A stretch of 22,827 nucleotides of DNA from Candidatus Thorarchaeota archaeon (GTDB lineage: Archaea > Asgardarchaeota > Thorarchaeia > Thorarchaeales > Thorarchaeaceae). The stretch lies in contig DXJO01000031.1 of NCBI GenBank assembly GCA_019057475.1, positions 1 to 22,827 on the forward strand, given 5' to 3'. A model generated the notes under the pieces. That model was not told the DNA's origin, did no database searches, and saw nothing but the letters and a program-made list of their open reading frames with translations. Every line of letters begins with the position of its first letter. Positions within the stretch are counted from its first letter, which is position 1. The position numbers and the translations under genes were made by a program. This document shows, one piece after another, positions 9,707 through 18,511 of this stretch.

Positions 9707-9979
9707 ATGTTGTTCAAACCCGGAGAGTCTTGCGAGATATGTGACTCACGAGAAGGTGTGCTTGAACAATGCTCCATGTGTGGAGCCTATTGTTGTGAGA
9801 ACTGCAGAGATGATAAAGAGAAGATATGTCTGACCTGTCAGGAAGCAAGGTGTTTCATCTGTGCAGAGTATCTTGCGTCAAGGGCGTGTGATAGATGTGG
9901 CCGACTGGTCTGCGAGGACCACGGAGTAAAAGTGAACGAAGTCACAGTCTGCAATTTATGTCGGGCGAATGAAACATGA
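9707..9979 (+). CDS. Small Cys-rich zinc-finger protein (two tandem multi-CxxC modules)
   Basis: CEIC, CSMC, CCENC, CLTC, CFIC, CDRC, CEDH and CNLC. ATG 9707 is preceded by GAGGT. Stop overlaps the tiaS start (ATGA). Confidence 0.8.
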   Translation: MLFKPGESCEICDSREGVLEQCSMCGAYCCENCRDDKEKICLTCQEARCFICAEYLASRACDRCGRLVCEDHGVKVNEVTVCNLCRANET

Positions 9980-11310
9980 CAATGACTGCAGTTCACCTGG
10001 GAATGGACGATATCGACAGCCCGAGAGGAGGCTGTACGACGCACTTTGCCAGTCTCTTAGTTGAGGAATTGACCGAGTTGGGAGCCAGTTGGCTGGACTA
10101 TCCGAATCTCATTAGACTAAATCCAAACATTCCATACAGAACACGAGGCAACGGTGCGGTCACTCTAAGGTTCGAGCTTGAAGCCTCAGACGTGGACCAA
10201 GTCTTACCAAGATCGAACCTGCTACTCAAAAAGTACCTAAAAGAGGACTACCCAAACACCAACCCCGGTATGGTCATCGCGACAGGAGATGTCCCAGTTG
10301 ATTTGCTCGGTTTCTCCAAGCTCGCTCTCTGGAGAACTGTGCCCGTGGCATTGGCCCGAAGACTGGTGGCCAGATTAGCCCTTCCCTACATTGCAATCGG
10401 AAATAGGAGGGGTCTCATAGGTGCACTGTCAGCCATAGGGAACCCATTGCGCCAGGATCACACCTACGAGTACATCGCATACCGCTCGATTGAACTGACC
10501 TCTAGAGAACGAGGAGTTGATGTGGATTCCGTGTTCAAGATGAACCAAAAATACGGAAACCGCTTGTTTTCCAATATCGATGGCTCAGCGCAGAAAATTT
10601 TGATTGAGCCTCATGGCCCGGATCCAGTCATCTATGGAATCAGAGGGGAAACCCCACTGGACGTGATAAAGGCTGCAGATCTAATCCAGAGTAAGCAGGA
10701 CAAGGAACGTTGGATGGTATTCAGGACAAACCAGGGTACAGGTGCACATCTCGTTCACAGAGTACGCCTTTCGGACATTAGGCCGTACATGGCCGCTGTT
10801 GTGGAGGGAGAAGTTGCAACAAAATCAAAGATAATCGAGGGCGGCCATGTCATCTTCAAGATAACAGATGGGCCCACTAATGCAGAGTGTGCAGTGTACG
10901 AGCCAACAGGTGAGTTCAGAGAGATAGCAACAATGCTCATTGAAGGAGACAAGGTAAGTCTGGACGTAGGAGTTCGGCCCGCATCAAGGATGCACGGCTT
11001 AACATTGAATGTCGAAGGACTTAGAATCCTCCAACTAACAGACGAAGTCATTCTTGTCAATCCGATATGCCCCCATTGTCTGAAAAGAATGAAGAGTGCT
11101 GGTAAGGAAAAGGGCTTCAAATGCATCAAGTGCGGCTTCAAGGACCCTCAAGCGAAGAAAACAGAAATCCCAGTTGAGAGACAATTGAAAGCGGGTAGGT
11201 ATCTGCCACCTCCAAGGGCACAGAGGCATCTGACTCGACCAATGAACAGGATGGATCGAAGAAACAATGGCATACCGAATAATCTAGTCGATGAATGGCA
11301 CGACCCCTAG
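9976..11310 (+). CDS. tiaS: tRNA(Ile2) agmatinylcytidine synthetase
   Basis: GMDDIDSPRGGCTTH, LIRLNPNIPYRTRGNGAV, GRRGLIGAL-like motif, PHGPDPVIYGIRG, FRTNQGT, OB fold (GGHV, YEPT), Zn ribbon CPHC...MKSAG...CIKC and RHLTRP. Confidence 0.95.
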   Translation: MTMTAVHLGMDDIDSPRGGCTTHFASLLVEELTELGASWLDYPNLIRLNPNIPYRTRGNGAVTLRFELEASDVDQVLPRSNLLLKKYLKEDYPNTNPGMVIATGDVPVDLLGFSKLALWRTVPVALARRLVARLALPYIAIGNRRGLIGALSAIGNPLRQDHTYEYIAYRSIELTSRERGVDVDSVFKMNQKYGNRLFSNIDGSAQKILIEPHGPDPVIYGIRGETPLDVIKAADLIQSKQDKERWMVFRTNQGTGAHLVHRVRLSDIRPYMAAVVEGEVATKSKIIEGGHVIFKITDGPTNAECAVYEPTGEFREIATMLIEGDKVSLDVGVRPASRMHGLTLNVEGLRILQLTDEVILVNPICPHCLKRMKSAGKEKGFKCIKCGFKDPQAKKTEIPVERQLKAGRYLPPPRAQRHLTRPMNRMDRRNNGIPNNLVDEWHDP

Positions 11311-11358
11311 AACACTGCAACATTGAGGAGTATTGGAACATCTGAGGAACAAGCTGTG

Positions 11359-11760
11359 CTAGACTCTGCGTCCACGACGGCCGCCAGGTTTTCTCGTTCC
11401 GTCATGTGGAATGGGTGTAACCTCGTCTATGATGCCTATCCTCAGACCGGCACGACTTAGAGCACGAATGGCTGCCTGTGCACCGGGCCCGGGTGTCTTT
11501 GGTCCATGACCCCCAGGAGCTCGAACACGTATGTGTATCCCGTAGACGCCCTTGTCTTTGGCCTCGCGTGCGGCCTGAAAGGCTGCCTGCATTGCTGCGT
11601 GCGGTGAGGATTCATTTCTGTCTGCTTTCACCATCATCCCACCAGAGGTCCGTGCGATTGTTTCTGCTCCGGTTATGTCTGTTAGATGGACAATGGTATC
11701 GTTGTATGATGCAAAAATATGCGCGATGGCCCACTTGTCGCGATCGTCTCTCCTACTCAT
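11359..11760 (-). CDS. rps11: 30S ribosomal protein S11 (uS11)
   Basis: [45 protein letters not shown] and [18 protein letters not shown]. Confidence 0.98.
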   Translation of the reverse strand: MSRRDDRDKWAIAHIFASYNDTIVHLTDITGAETIARTSGGMMVKADRNESSPHAAMQAAFQAAREAKDKGVYGIHIRVRAPGGHGPKTPGPGAQAAIRALSRAGLRIGIIDEVTPIPHDGTRKPGGRRGRRV

Positions 11761-12383
11761 CTTCGTTGGCCTCCTCCTCGCCTGCGTCTATCATCCCGAC
11801 GCCCGCCGTAACGGTGGACAGACTCATCCACTTCCTCAGGTGGTTGTGACGCTCTTAGTGCGGCGTCTGAAGCAGCAATTCTGGCAGGATGTGATTCGCT
11901 GTTTAGTGGGGATTTCGGTGTAAATAGCAAGCGCTCTTCTTCGTCCACATTCATTATCCTACGTGGAGTGGTCACTCTTGCTCCATCCAGTGCAATGTGT
12001 CCATGCGTCACGAGTTGACGCGCATGATGCGGGGAGCATGCAAGCCCCTTTCTAAAGATGATAGTCTGAAGTCTACGGTCCAGTATATTGTCTAAGGTTA
12101 AGTCAAGAACATGGTCTAGAGATGGTTCAGTCACGAGAACTCCGTTCCGGACTAGCTTGTCAACGAGTTCCTTTTCTTGCAGCGCACGCTCATCAAGTGA
12201 CAGAGCAAGCAGGTTACGCGCTTGGCGTCTGTAGCGAGATAGATCAGTTTTGTGCTTCCAGAGCTCTTTCTTATTGCGAAGCCCATAGGTACCTATCAGT
12301 TGGAGCTCTTGCTCAAACCTGTCACTGTCAAAAGGACGTTTCGGAGTTACGTACTTCTTCTTCTGCCGACGTGGATCACCCAT
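11757..12383 (-). CDS. rps4: 30S ribosomal protein S4 (uS4)
   Basis: [41 protein letters not shown] and [10 protein letters not shown]. Stop overlaps the rps11 start. Confidence 0.98.
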   Translation of the reverse strand: MGDPRRQKKKYVTPKRPFDSDRFEQELQLIGTYGLRNKKELWKHKTDLSRYRRQARNLLALSLDERALQEKELVDKLVRNGVLVTEPSLDHVLDLTLDNILDRRLQTIIFRKGLACSPHHARQLVTHGHIALDGARVTTPRRIMNVDEEERLLFTPKSPLNSESHPARIAASDAALRASQPPEEVDESVHRYGGRRDDRRRRGGGQRR

Positions 12384-12850
12384 TACTCATTACCTCGGGC
12401 TGAAACTTTTGTCCTTGATACACCCACGGCCATTCCTTTACGTCCGGTAGTCCTAGTGTGTTGTCCTCGAACCTTCAGACCAAGAGAATGCCTAAGACCT
12501 CGCCACGACTTGATTCGCCTCAAGCGCTCAATGTCACTTCGGTGTGCGAAATCAAGATCGGAGCCGGTAAGATGAAGCATCCTGCCGCTCATTCTGTCCC
12601 TTGGTCGATTGGTATACCAATAAGGCAAACCTGCCTTCACCGGGTCTGAGATAATCGTTTCAATCTTGGAGATGTCTGCATCAGTCATATGACCTAGTCT
12701 AGCAGAAGGGTCCATACTTAGCTTGATGATGATGGCCTTCGAAAAACGAAGTCCAACTCCACTAACTTTGGTGAGCCCTTGCAGTAGGTTCTCCTGGCCA
12801 TCTATATCCTTGCCAGACACTCGTACGATATGGCGATATTCTTCAGACAT
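12383..12850 (-). CDS. rps13: 30S ribosomal protein S13 (uS13)
   Basis: YRHIVRVSGKDIDG and SWRGLRHSLGLKVRGQHTRTTGR. Start taken at MSEEY (12850), which follows GAGGT. Confidence 0.98.
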   Translation of the reverse strand: MSEEYRHIVRVSGKDIDGQENLLQGLTKVSGVGLRFSKAIIIKLSMDPSARLGHMTDADISKIETIISDPVKAGLPYWYTNRPRDRMSGRMLHLTGSDLDFAHRSDIERLRRIKSWRGLRHSLGLKVRGQHTRTTGRKGMAVGVSRTKVSARGNE

Positions 12851-12898
12851 GGTCTCTAACCTCATTCGGACTGGGGTGAGGCTTGTTCGCCTCTTGAA

Positions 12899-12921
12899 GA
12901 TGCCTTATAATAGTTGGCATC
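12899..12921 (-). promoter_or_regulatory. Probable TATA box of the rps13 operon, bracketed by an inverted repeat
   Basis: TTATAA at 12905-12910, 55 nt upstream of the rps13 start, lies inside GATGCC-N11-GGCATC. Confidence 0.5.
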
Positions 12922-13162
12922 AAGACTCGGCTTCACCGGGCCATTCTGGGCCCCGAATCATGTGTGCGTCAACATCAGGCGCTCATATGGCCACAAACTA
13001 AGGGAATCTTCTAGGGGATTGTTAGAACTCAGATGCAATGATGTTGCAGTTGGGAGTGCAAGATGCTTCACCGAGTCATACTAAGAGAAAAGATGAAAAG
13101 CAGGCGACGTCAGGAACTTGAGTAAGCCCGGATAGCCAAGCGGCTACGGCGGCAGCCTGGAA

Positions 13163-13194
13163 TCGACAGCCCTATGAAGGCTTGTCGAATAGGC
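13163..13194 (+). other. tRNA intron 1 (32 nt, canonical position 37/38)
   Basis: Removal restores a 7-nt anticodon loop. Internal stem TCGACA/TGTCGA. Relaxed bulge-helix motif with one G-A mismatch in the central helix. Confidence 0.88.
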
Positions 13195-13225
13195 AGCTGC
13201 TCTCCTTTGGGAGGCATGAGTTCGA

Positions 13226-13254
13226 AGTACAGCGTATTGCATGCGTACGAACAT
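13226..13254 (+). other. tRNA intron 2 (29 nt, non-canonical position 58/59 in the T loop)
   Basis: Strict BHB geometry: central helix GTTC(13220-23)/GAAC(13249-52), bulges GA^A and AT^A, flanking helix GTAC/GTAC. Removal restores the TTCGAAT loop. Confidence 0.88.
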
Positions 13255-13283
13255 ATCTCATTCCGGGCGCCATTATTTCTTCT

Positions 13284-14348
13284 TCAAGGATTCATAGGAC
13301 TTGTGCCGCGGATGGTCTTGCTATCCGACAAGGTCACTTCACTGACATAGTTGGTGAGTATCATCTCCTTGACAACATCGCGTTCGCGGGTGTGCCCCAA
13401 TATCCACATTAACTTCACAACTGCAGCCTCAGAGGTCATGTCATGCGCACTCAATGCCCCTACATCCAACGCAGCTTTTCCCACCTCATAAAAGGACAGG
13501 TCCGCCTGTCCGAAAGCGCATTGTGTACTCATCAACATTGAGCAGCCTTCAGAAACCGCCTGTTTGATCGGCCCTGTAAGGGCGTTCTCTTGAGTTGGAA
13601 TGTTGCCAGAGCCATAACCTTCGATAACAATCCCATGGTACCCCATGTCAACTATTCGCGAGATAACACTGGGAGGAATCCCTGGGAAAACCTTCAAGAG
13701 AAACACCCTATCATCAAGTCGAGTGTCGAAGCGAGGTATGAGATTGTGCCGTTTTGTTCTGCCCTCATAGAGTACTATGTCGCGAGCCAGCATCCCCAAG
13801 GGGGTAGGGTCGGCAGAATCGAAGGCGTCATGATCTCTATCTCTAAGCTTCTTCACCCGAGTTGCCCGATGGATCTCTCCATTGAAAACTATGCACGTTT
13901 CACCCAAGTCAGCCCAAGCTGCAACTCTTAACGCATCTCTCAGGTTTCTAGGTCCATCACTCCACGGCATTGAGGCGGGTATTTGCGAACCGGTGAAGAC
14001 GATTGGTTTTCCGAAATCCTGAATCATGAAACTCACAGCTGAGGCCGTGTAAACCATCGTATCCGTTCCATGTAGAACCACGAAACCAGCCAGGTCTGGT
14101 ATCTCTTCGTACGTTGCTTTGATGCAACTAGCAACCTCTTGCCAATGATGAGGTTGTGCATTCGCTGAGTCAAGCTGGAACAGTTCTCTTTTAATGACCT
14201 CTATCTTGCCCATGCCTTCTGGTAGGTATGACAACAGTGTGTCTACGGATAAGCCAGGCCTATAGGCTTGAGATTCAGAGTCATAGATGCTGGCAATTGT
14301 GCCGCCCGTTGGAATAATGCAGACTCTGACTGGTTCACCTTGGGACAT
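13284..14348 (-). CDS. ansA: L-asparaginase type I (stand-alone; lacks the GatD N-terminal domain)
   Basis: PTGGTIAS, LDSAN, VLHGTDTM, KPIVFTGSQ, GIVIEGYGSGN and DMTSEAAVVKLMWILG. Confidence 0.9.
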   Translation of the reverse strand: MSQGEPVRVCIIPTGGTIASIYDSESQAYRPGLSVDTLLSYLPEGMGKIEVIKRELFQLDSANAQPHHWQEVASCIKATYEEIPDLAGFVVLHGTDTMVYTASAVSFMIQDFGKPIVFTGSQIPASMPWSDGPRNLRDALRVAAWADLGETCIVFNGEIHRATRVKKLRDRDHDAFDSADPTPLGMLARDIVLYEGRTKRHNLIPRFDTRLDDRVFLLKVFPGIPPSVISRIVDMGYHGIVIEGYGSGNIPTQENALTGPIKQAVSEGCSMLMSTQCAFGQADLSFYEVGKAALDVGALSAHDMTSEAAVVKLMWILGHTRERDVVKEMILTNYVSEVTLSDSKTIRGTSPMNP

Positions 14349-14586
14349 AATTTAACCCACAATTGTCTGACCTAGGACTCCATCTTATCCGTGTTGTGGC
14401 AAGGTTGCTAACAACTGTTTGTCAGAGATTGAATTCACGCCCGAAATAAACAGAACTAGAATATCTACACCACTATGTAGTTGGAACGTCCTTCTACATC
14501 TCTCTTTTTTTGCATTGTTGACAATTCGGTTATTCCCGCGGATACATTCTATAAAGTAAAAAGCCACCGAGCACGCGGAAACACTA

Positions 14587-15789
14587 ATGCACGACCTCAT
14601 AATAGTCGGTGGTGGACCTGCCGGAGCATCATGCGCAAGAAGAGCCGCTCTCCATGGGCTTGATATTGTGATTCTTGAAAAGAGCGTCCACCCACGTGAC
14701 AAACTTTGCGGCGGTGGGCTGACCCCTCATGTCAAGGACCTGGTGGATTTTGATATCAGTGGAGCAATTGAACGTGATATTCACGCAGTACGCCTAATCT
14801 CGCCCTCAGGAAGGCGGCCATATCTCAAACGAGATACTCAAGCAGGATACACCGTGAAGAGAGACAAGTTCGACCACCACCTATTGAAAAAGGCAGAAGA
14901 AGCAGGCGCCCGGGTTGAACAAGGCACCGAGGTTGTCGCCATTGAGCAGTTGCGGTCCGGAATCAGGGTGCTCACGAAAGGCGACTCATACAGAGCACCC
15001 CTGCTTGTCGCTGCTGACGGGGTTAATGGCATCGTATCTCGGAGCATTGGAATCAGGAAAAGATGGCCTTCTGACCGGGTAGGCCTGTGCATAGCAGCGG
15101 ATGTGCCTGTGGATCCCAGCGAGATTGAGAGAATCATGTCGGTTTCCGAGGAGGAGGACTGCATGCCCATCGAGATTTACTTTGGACCAGTGGAATGGGG
15201 TTATGCGTGGTGCTTCCCGAAGCGGGACGAGTTAAGTATCGGTGTCGGGTGCAGAATGGACAGGATGTCCAATCTCAAAGGGAGTTGGCGTGGCTTTTTG
15301 TCAATGCTAGAACGAACAAAGGGAATCCAAATCGACCCTGATTCTAGAAGCGCATTCAGAGTGCCTATTGGCGGATGCGAAAAAAGATTGATTGACCGTC
15401 GGACTATGCTAATCGGAGACGCGGCTGGGCTTGTTTCTCCGATTACGGGAGAAGGAATATACTACGCAATTGAATCGGGGCTGATTGCAGCTGATGTCGC
15501 AAAAGATGCCACGGAAAGCCGCAACCCACTTCTGGTGAAAAACTATCAAGATATCATCAAAACATCAATATGCCGCGAGCTTGACGCAGCGATGTTCATA
15601 GGCAACATCATTTACAAATCCTCCAGCAACATAGAACTAATATGCAAAATCACCCAAGCAGATTCAGTAGTAGGCGAGTTGATGCTTGATATAATCGCTG
15701 CCACGAAACCCATGCATCAACTCAAAACTGCGTTAATCAAGCGCTTGGTTACGCGTCATCCTCTGAAAGCGTTAAGGCTAGGACTCTGA
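14587..15789 (+). CDS. Geranylgeranyl reductase family FAD-dependent oxidoreductase
   Basis: IIVGGGPAG, PRDKLCGGG, RDKFDHHL, AADG, GYAWCFPK and LIGDAAGLVSPITGEGIYYAIESG. Confidence 0.92.
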   Translation: MHDLIIVGGGPAGASCARRAALHGLDIVILEKSVHPRDKLCGGGLTPHVKDLVDFDISGAIERDIHAVRLISPSGRRPYLKRDTQAGYTVKRDKFDHHLLKKAEEAGARVEQGTEVVAIEQLRSGIRVLTKGDSYRAPLLVAADGVNGIVSRSIGIRKRWPSDRVGLCIAADVPVDPSEIERIMSVSEEEDCMPIEIYFGPVEWGYAWCFPKRDELSIGVGCRMDRMSNLKGSWRGFLSMLERTKGIQIDPDSRSAFRVPIGGCEKRLIDRRTMLIGDAAGLVSPITGEGIYYAIESGLIAADVAKDATESRNPLLVKNYQDIIKTSICRELDAAMFIGNIIYKSSSNIELICKITQADSVVGELMLDIIAATKPMHQLKTALIKRLVTRHPLKALRLGL

Positions 15790-15812
15790 AACTCACACGA
15801 ACGCCCCAGTGT

Positions 15813-16754
15813 TCAGATAGTCGGGAGGATCACCTCGTGTGAGCCATCCTTATGCATCTTGATTCTCATGAGGTCTCTAGCAAGGATTGTATTTGGGTTG
15901 ATTGATAGGGCTTCTTTGATTATAGCAGCGCCATCCTCATAGCGAGGGCTAAAATGAGTGAGAGCAAGCAGTTTTGCATCAGCATCGAGAGCTAACTGGG
16001 CTGCCGCCGCTGCAGTAGTGTGGCCCCGCTCCTCCGCGAGATCTGCGTGCTCAGAGGTATACATTGCCTCGCATATCAGTAAGTCAGCATTGGTTGCTGC
16101 CTGTTTCAACGATTGGCATGGACGGGTGTCGCCGGAATACACAATCCTGATTGGGGGAGGTTTTGGACCTGTCACCTCTTCAGGGCGAATCTTTCTGCCA
16201 TCTGCAAGCTCAACCTCTTGACCCGCTGATAGTGCCTGCCAGTGTGGGCCTTTGGGTATACCCAGATTTTTGGCCATTTCTGGCAGGAAAGTGCCCGTGG
16301 GACGCTGATACACGATTTCGTAGCCGAGTGCATAGCCTCGATGGTCAACCTCGAATGCGTTAACACGGAGATCATCTACGTCAAAGATGGGACCGTCTTT
16401 TATCCCATACACAGTGGTTTCGAAGGTAGTACCAAAGCTCATTGTATTCTGAGCCGATTTAACGTACTGTATCAGTTCGTTAGGACCGTACACACTGAGG
16501 GGACGGATTCGTCCTAGAAGTGAAAAGCGCAGTAAGAGACCAGGGAGACCAAGTATGTGATCTGCATGCATGTGAGTGATGAATATGGCTTGTCTCTTGT
16601 TGGTCCCGAGATTCGCACGTTCAAACTGTCTTTGTACATCTTCCCCTGCGTCAAGTAGTAGAACCCAGCCTTGATATCTAATGGCTATGGCAGGTAGGTT
16701 CCGTCCCTCGGTGGGCATGCTGCCTCCGGTTCCAAGAAACACAACCTCCAACAT
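15813..16754 (-). CDS. rnz: Ribonuclease Z
   Basis: FLGTGGSMPT..RN, FITHMHADHILGLPG, exosite GIPKGP, YSGDTRP and LTHFSPRY. Confidence 0.96.
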   Translation of the reverse strand: MLEVVFLGTGGSMPTEGRNLPAIAIRYQGWVLLLDAGEDVQRQFERANLGTNKRQAIFITHMHADHILGLPGLLLRFSLLGRIRPLSVYGPNELIQYVKSAQNTMSFGTTFETTVYGIKDGPIFDVDDLRVNAFEVDHRGYALGYEIVYQRPTGTFLPEMAKNLGIPKGPHWQALSAGQEVELADGRKIRPEEVTGPKPPPIRIVYSGDTRPCQSLKQAATNADLLICEAMYTSEHADLAEERGHTTAAAAAQLALDADAKLLALTHFSPRYEDGAAIIKEALSINPNTILARDLMRIKMHKDGSHEVILPTI

Positions 16755-16810
16755 TCAAACCACCAATGGAAGAACCATCCGTCACATCCAGATATGAGTT
16801 TCGACCTAAC

Positions 16811-18178
16811 TCACGCCAAATCCAGTGGGATACTACTCCTCCCGCATTCCTTTCTGGCAACCCCATACGAAAGGAGATCGAAGAAACTTGGGTCCCACTT
16901 CCATCGCTTCTCACGACGGTCAAACATGGAGGCTACCTTAATGGGGTTGGTGATTCCACCTGTGACCGAACGGGCAGCGAAGTCATCAGCTCTGCTTTTC
17001 TCGGAATGTAACACATCAATTAGATCTGACGCAGAACCTGATGCGAGAGCTGATAGCAGAAGGATCTTCCTCTCATCAGGGTTCTCAAGATTCTCCAGAC
17101 GAGATACGTAGGTCAAGGGCAGCTGACTCCACGCCGGCACGATGTTGCCAGCACAATCTGGACTTAAAAGAACAACAACCCGGTCCTTCAGTTTTGGAAT
17201 GGCCACCGTAGCTCTCGGCACTACGACCCGATTGTTAATCAATTGGGACCTCTTTCTGAATGCTGTACTCTCGCTTAGATTGGTGGATTCGGTGATCTCA
17301 ACTGCAGTCGCCTCGTAATTCTCCACAATCTTTTCGAGGATTTTCAGCTCTGCAGATGTGAACGTGGAAGACGGAATAGTTGGTGTGGAGAGGCGAGCAC
17401 CCACAGTAAGGTCATTGTCCCTTGTCCTCAACATGAGCCGGAAGTGAAGCAAGTTTGGACGCCACTCGCCAGTCTTCGAGTTGTAGTAAACACTACTGAA
17501 CCGGGGTTTTCCAGCAGATAGTTTCCAAGCTGAAACGGAACCAGCGGTGCCTCTCAAGGATTTGATCATCTTCAACAGTTCTGGAACACGCTCCCTTGGG
17601 AGGGTTGAAACTAGGAAAACAGTTGGTGAGGGTGAATCTACAAAGAGGGCCTTATGGATGTAAGGTCCTGAGAGAACTAGAGTAGGATGCTCTAGGATGA
17701 TTAGAACCCTTTCAAGACCGAGATGATTTGTGTTCAATATGCCCTTAGTGTGCAGCACTCCAGAAGCACGAAGTCGCTGAGCGGCTCTACGCGTTTGGGC
17801 GTAGCTGAGCCCCACTACCGAAGAAAGAGAACGCAGGCTCAGGCTTGAGTCCTCCAAAACACCCTTGAGAACTTTGAGTTCAGTGGGACTGCATCTTGAA
17901 GCATTCGAATCCCAAATCTCTTCTACTAGGCTAATGACGTCCCTTTGGGTAACTACGCTGACGCCTCCCAGAGTGATGACCTCAGCAAGACGTCGTGTGA
18001 TTTCAGAGTACAGACTCCCACGATATGTTCGCACCATCTTACTCAGGTGCGATGTGTCAGGATCAGAATCATCAAAGATCTCTGCGTCCGTGCGTTCTTC
18101 GAACGATTGTAGAACACGTAGGACAGCCGTTGCAGAAGAAGTCAGCTTGCTACGGAAGTCGGTATCTTCTTCTGGCAT
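16811..18178 (-). CDS. Putative transcriptional regulator with two winged-HTH (Lrp/AsnC-like) modules
   Basis: Two segments fit a wHTH: SPTELKVLKGVLEDSSLSLRSLSSVVGLSYAQTRRAAQRL and TSAELKILEKIVENYEATAVEITESTNLSESTAFRKRSQL. Start could be 18178 or 18220. Confidence 0.65.
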   Translation of the reverse strand: MPEEDTDFRSKLTSSATAVLRVLQSFEERTDAEIFDDSDPDTSHLSKMVRTYRGSLYSEITRRLAEVITLGGVSVVTQRDVISLVEEIWDSNASRCSPTELKVLKGVLEDSSLSLRSLSSVVGLSYAQTRRAAQRLRASGVLHTKGILNTNHLGLERVLIILEHPTLVLSGPYIHKALFVDSPSPTVFLVSTLPRERVPELLKMIKSLRGTAGSVSAWKLSAGKPRFSSVYYNSKTGEWRPNLLHFRLMLRTRDNDLTVGARLSTPTIPSSTFTSAELKILEKIVENYEATAVEITESTNLSESTAFRKRSQLINNRVVVPRATVAIPKLKDRVVVLLSPDCAGNIVPAWSQLPLTYVSRLENLENPDERKILLLSALASGSASDLIDVLHSEKSRADDFAARSVTGGITNPIKVASMFDRREKRWKWDPSFFDLLSYGVARKECGRSSIPLDLA

Positions 18179-18401
18179 GATGGGACCTTCTTGTTTGATG
18201 GGCAAAAGACAATCTCCCATTGTAAGTTAGTATTGCCTGATATAGTGCCTTACTTTGAGGTTAGAATTATGCTTTTGGACAGGGCACTCACGTATCTCAA
18301 TCATCAAGCAAGGGATAAGAACTCGTTGTTTTCATCCTACAATGGACTGCCACGATTTTACCCAGTTCACACTTTTGGATTGATATATGAATGAGAGAAT
18401 C

Positions 18402-18504
18402 GTCGTTAACGACAGAACATTCGATAAATCGAAAGAACTACTCTTAAGAGTAATTCTTGTTCTCATAGTCAGGTACTAGTAAATTTACTAGTACCTCATA
18501 GTCA
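18402..18504. repeat. Cluster of four adjacent palindromes, the last flanked by a 10-bp direct repeat
   Basis: GTCGTTAACGAC (18402-13); TTCGAT-AA-ATCGAA (18420-33); AAGAAcTACTCTTAAGAGTAaTTCTT (18433-58); perfect 26-mer AGGTACTAGTAAATTTACTAGTACCT (18471-96); CTCATAGTCA at 18462-71 and 18495-504. Confidence 0.9.
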
Positions 18505-18511
18505 CTCTCCT

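Larger units (their letters stand above)
13126..13272 (+). tRNA. tRNA-Ser(GGA) with two introns and encoded CCA
   Basis: Acceptor GCCCGGA/TCCGGGC, discriminator G then CCA. D arm GCC..GGC. Anticodon stem GCAGC/GCTGC with loop CT-GGA-A^A. Long variable arm TCTCC-TTTG-GGAGG. T stem ATGAG/CTCAT with loop TTCGA^AT. Confidence 0.95.

Noticed and set aside
13182-13412. 76-aa plus-strand ORF
   Set aside because: It overlaps the tRNA-Ser gene and is antisense to asparaginase.
13284-14348. GatD (Glu-tRNA(Gln) amidotransferase subunit D)
   Set aside because: It lacks the N-terminal GatD domain, since TGGTIAS starts at residue 13, and no gatE is adjacent.
18305-18337. Degenerate third copy of the structured repeat (TCAAGCAAGGG...CTCGTTGTTT)
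   Set aside because: Similarity is short and gapped and the outer CAGGA/TCCTG stem is absent, so it could be chance.
101-18394. Numerous short antisense or alternate-frame ORFs inside the long genes, plus 14385-14702, 14481-14663 and 18191-18394
   Set aside because: Shadow ORFs with no recognisable motifs or RBS, overlapping well-supported genes or promoter regions.
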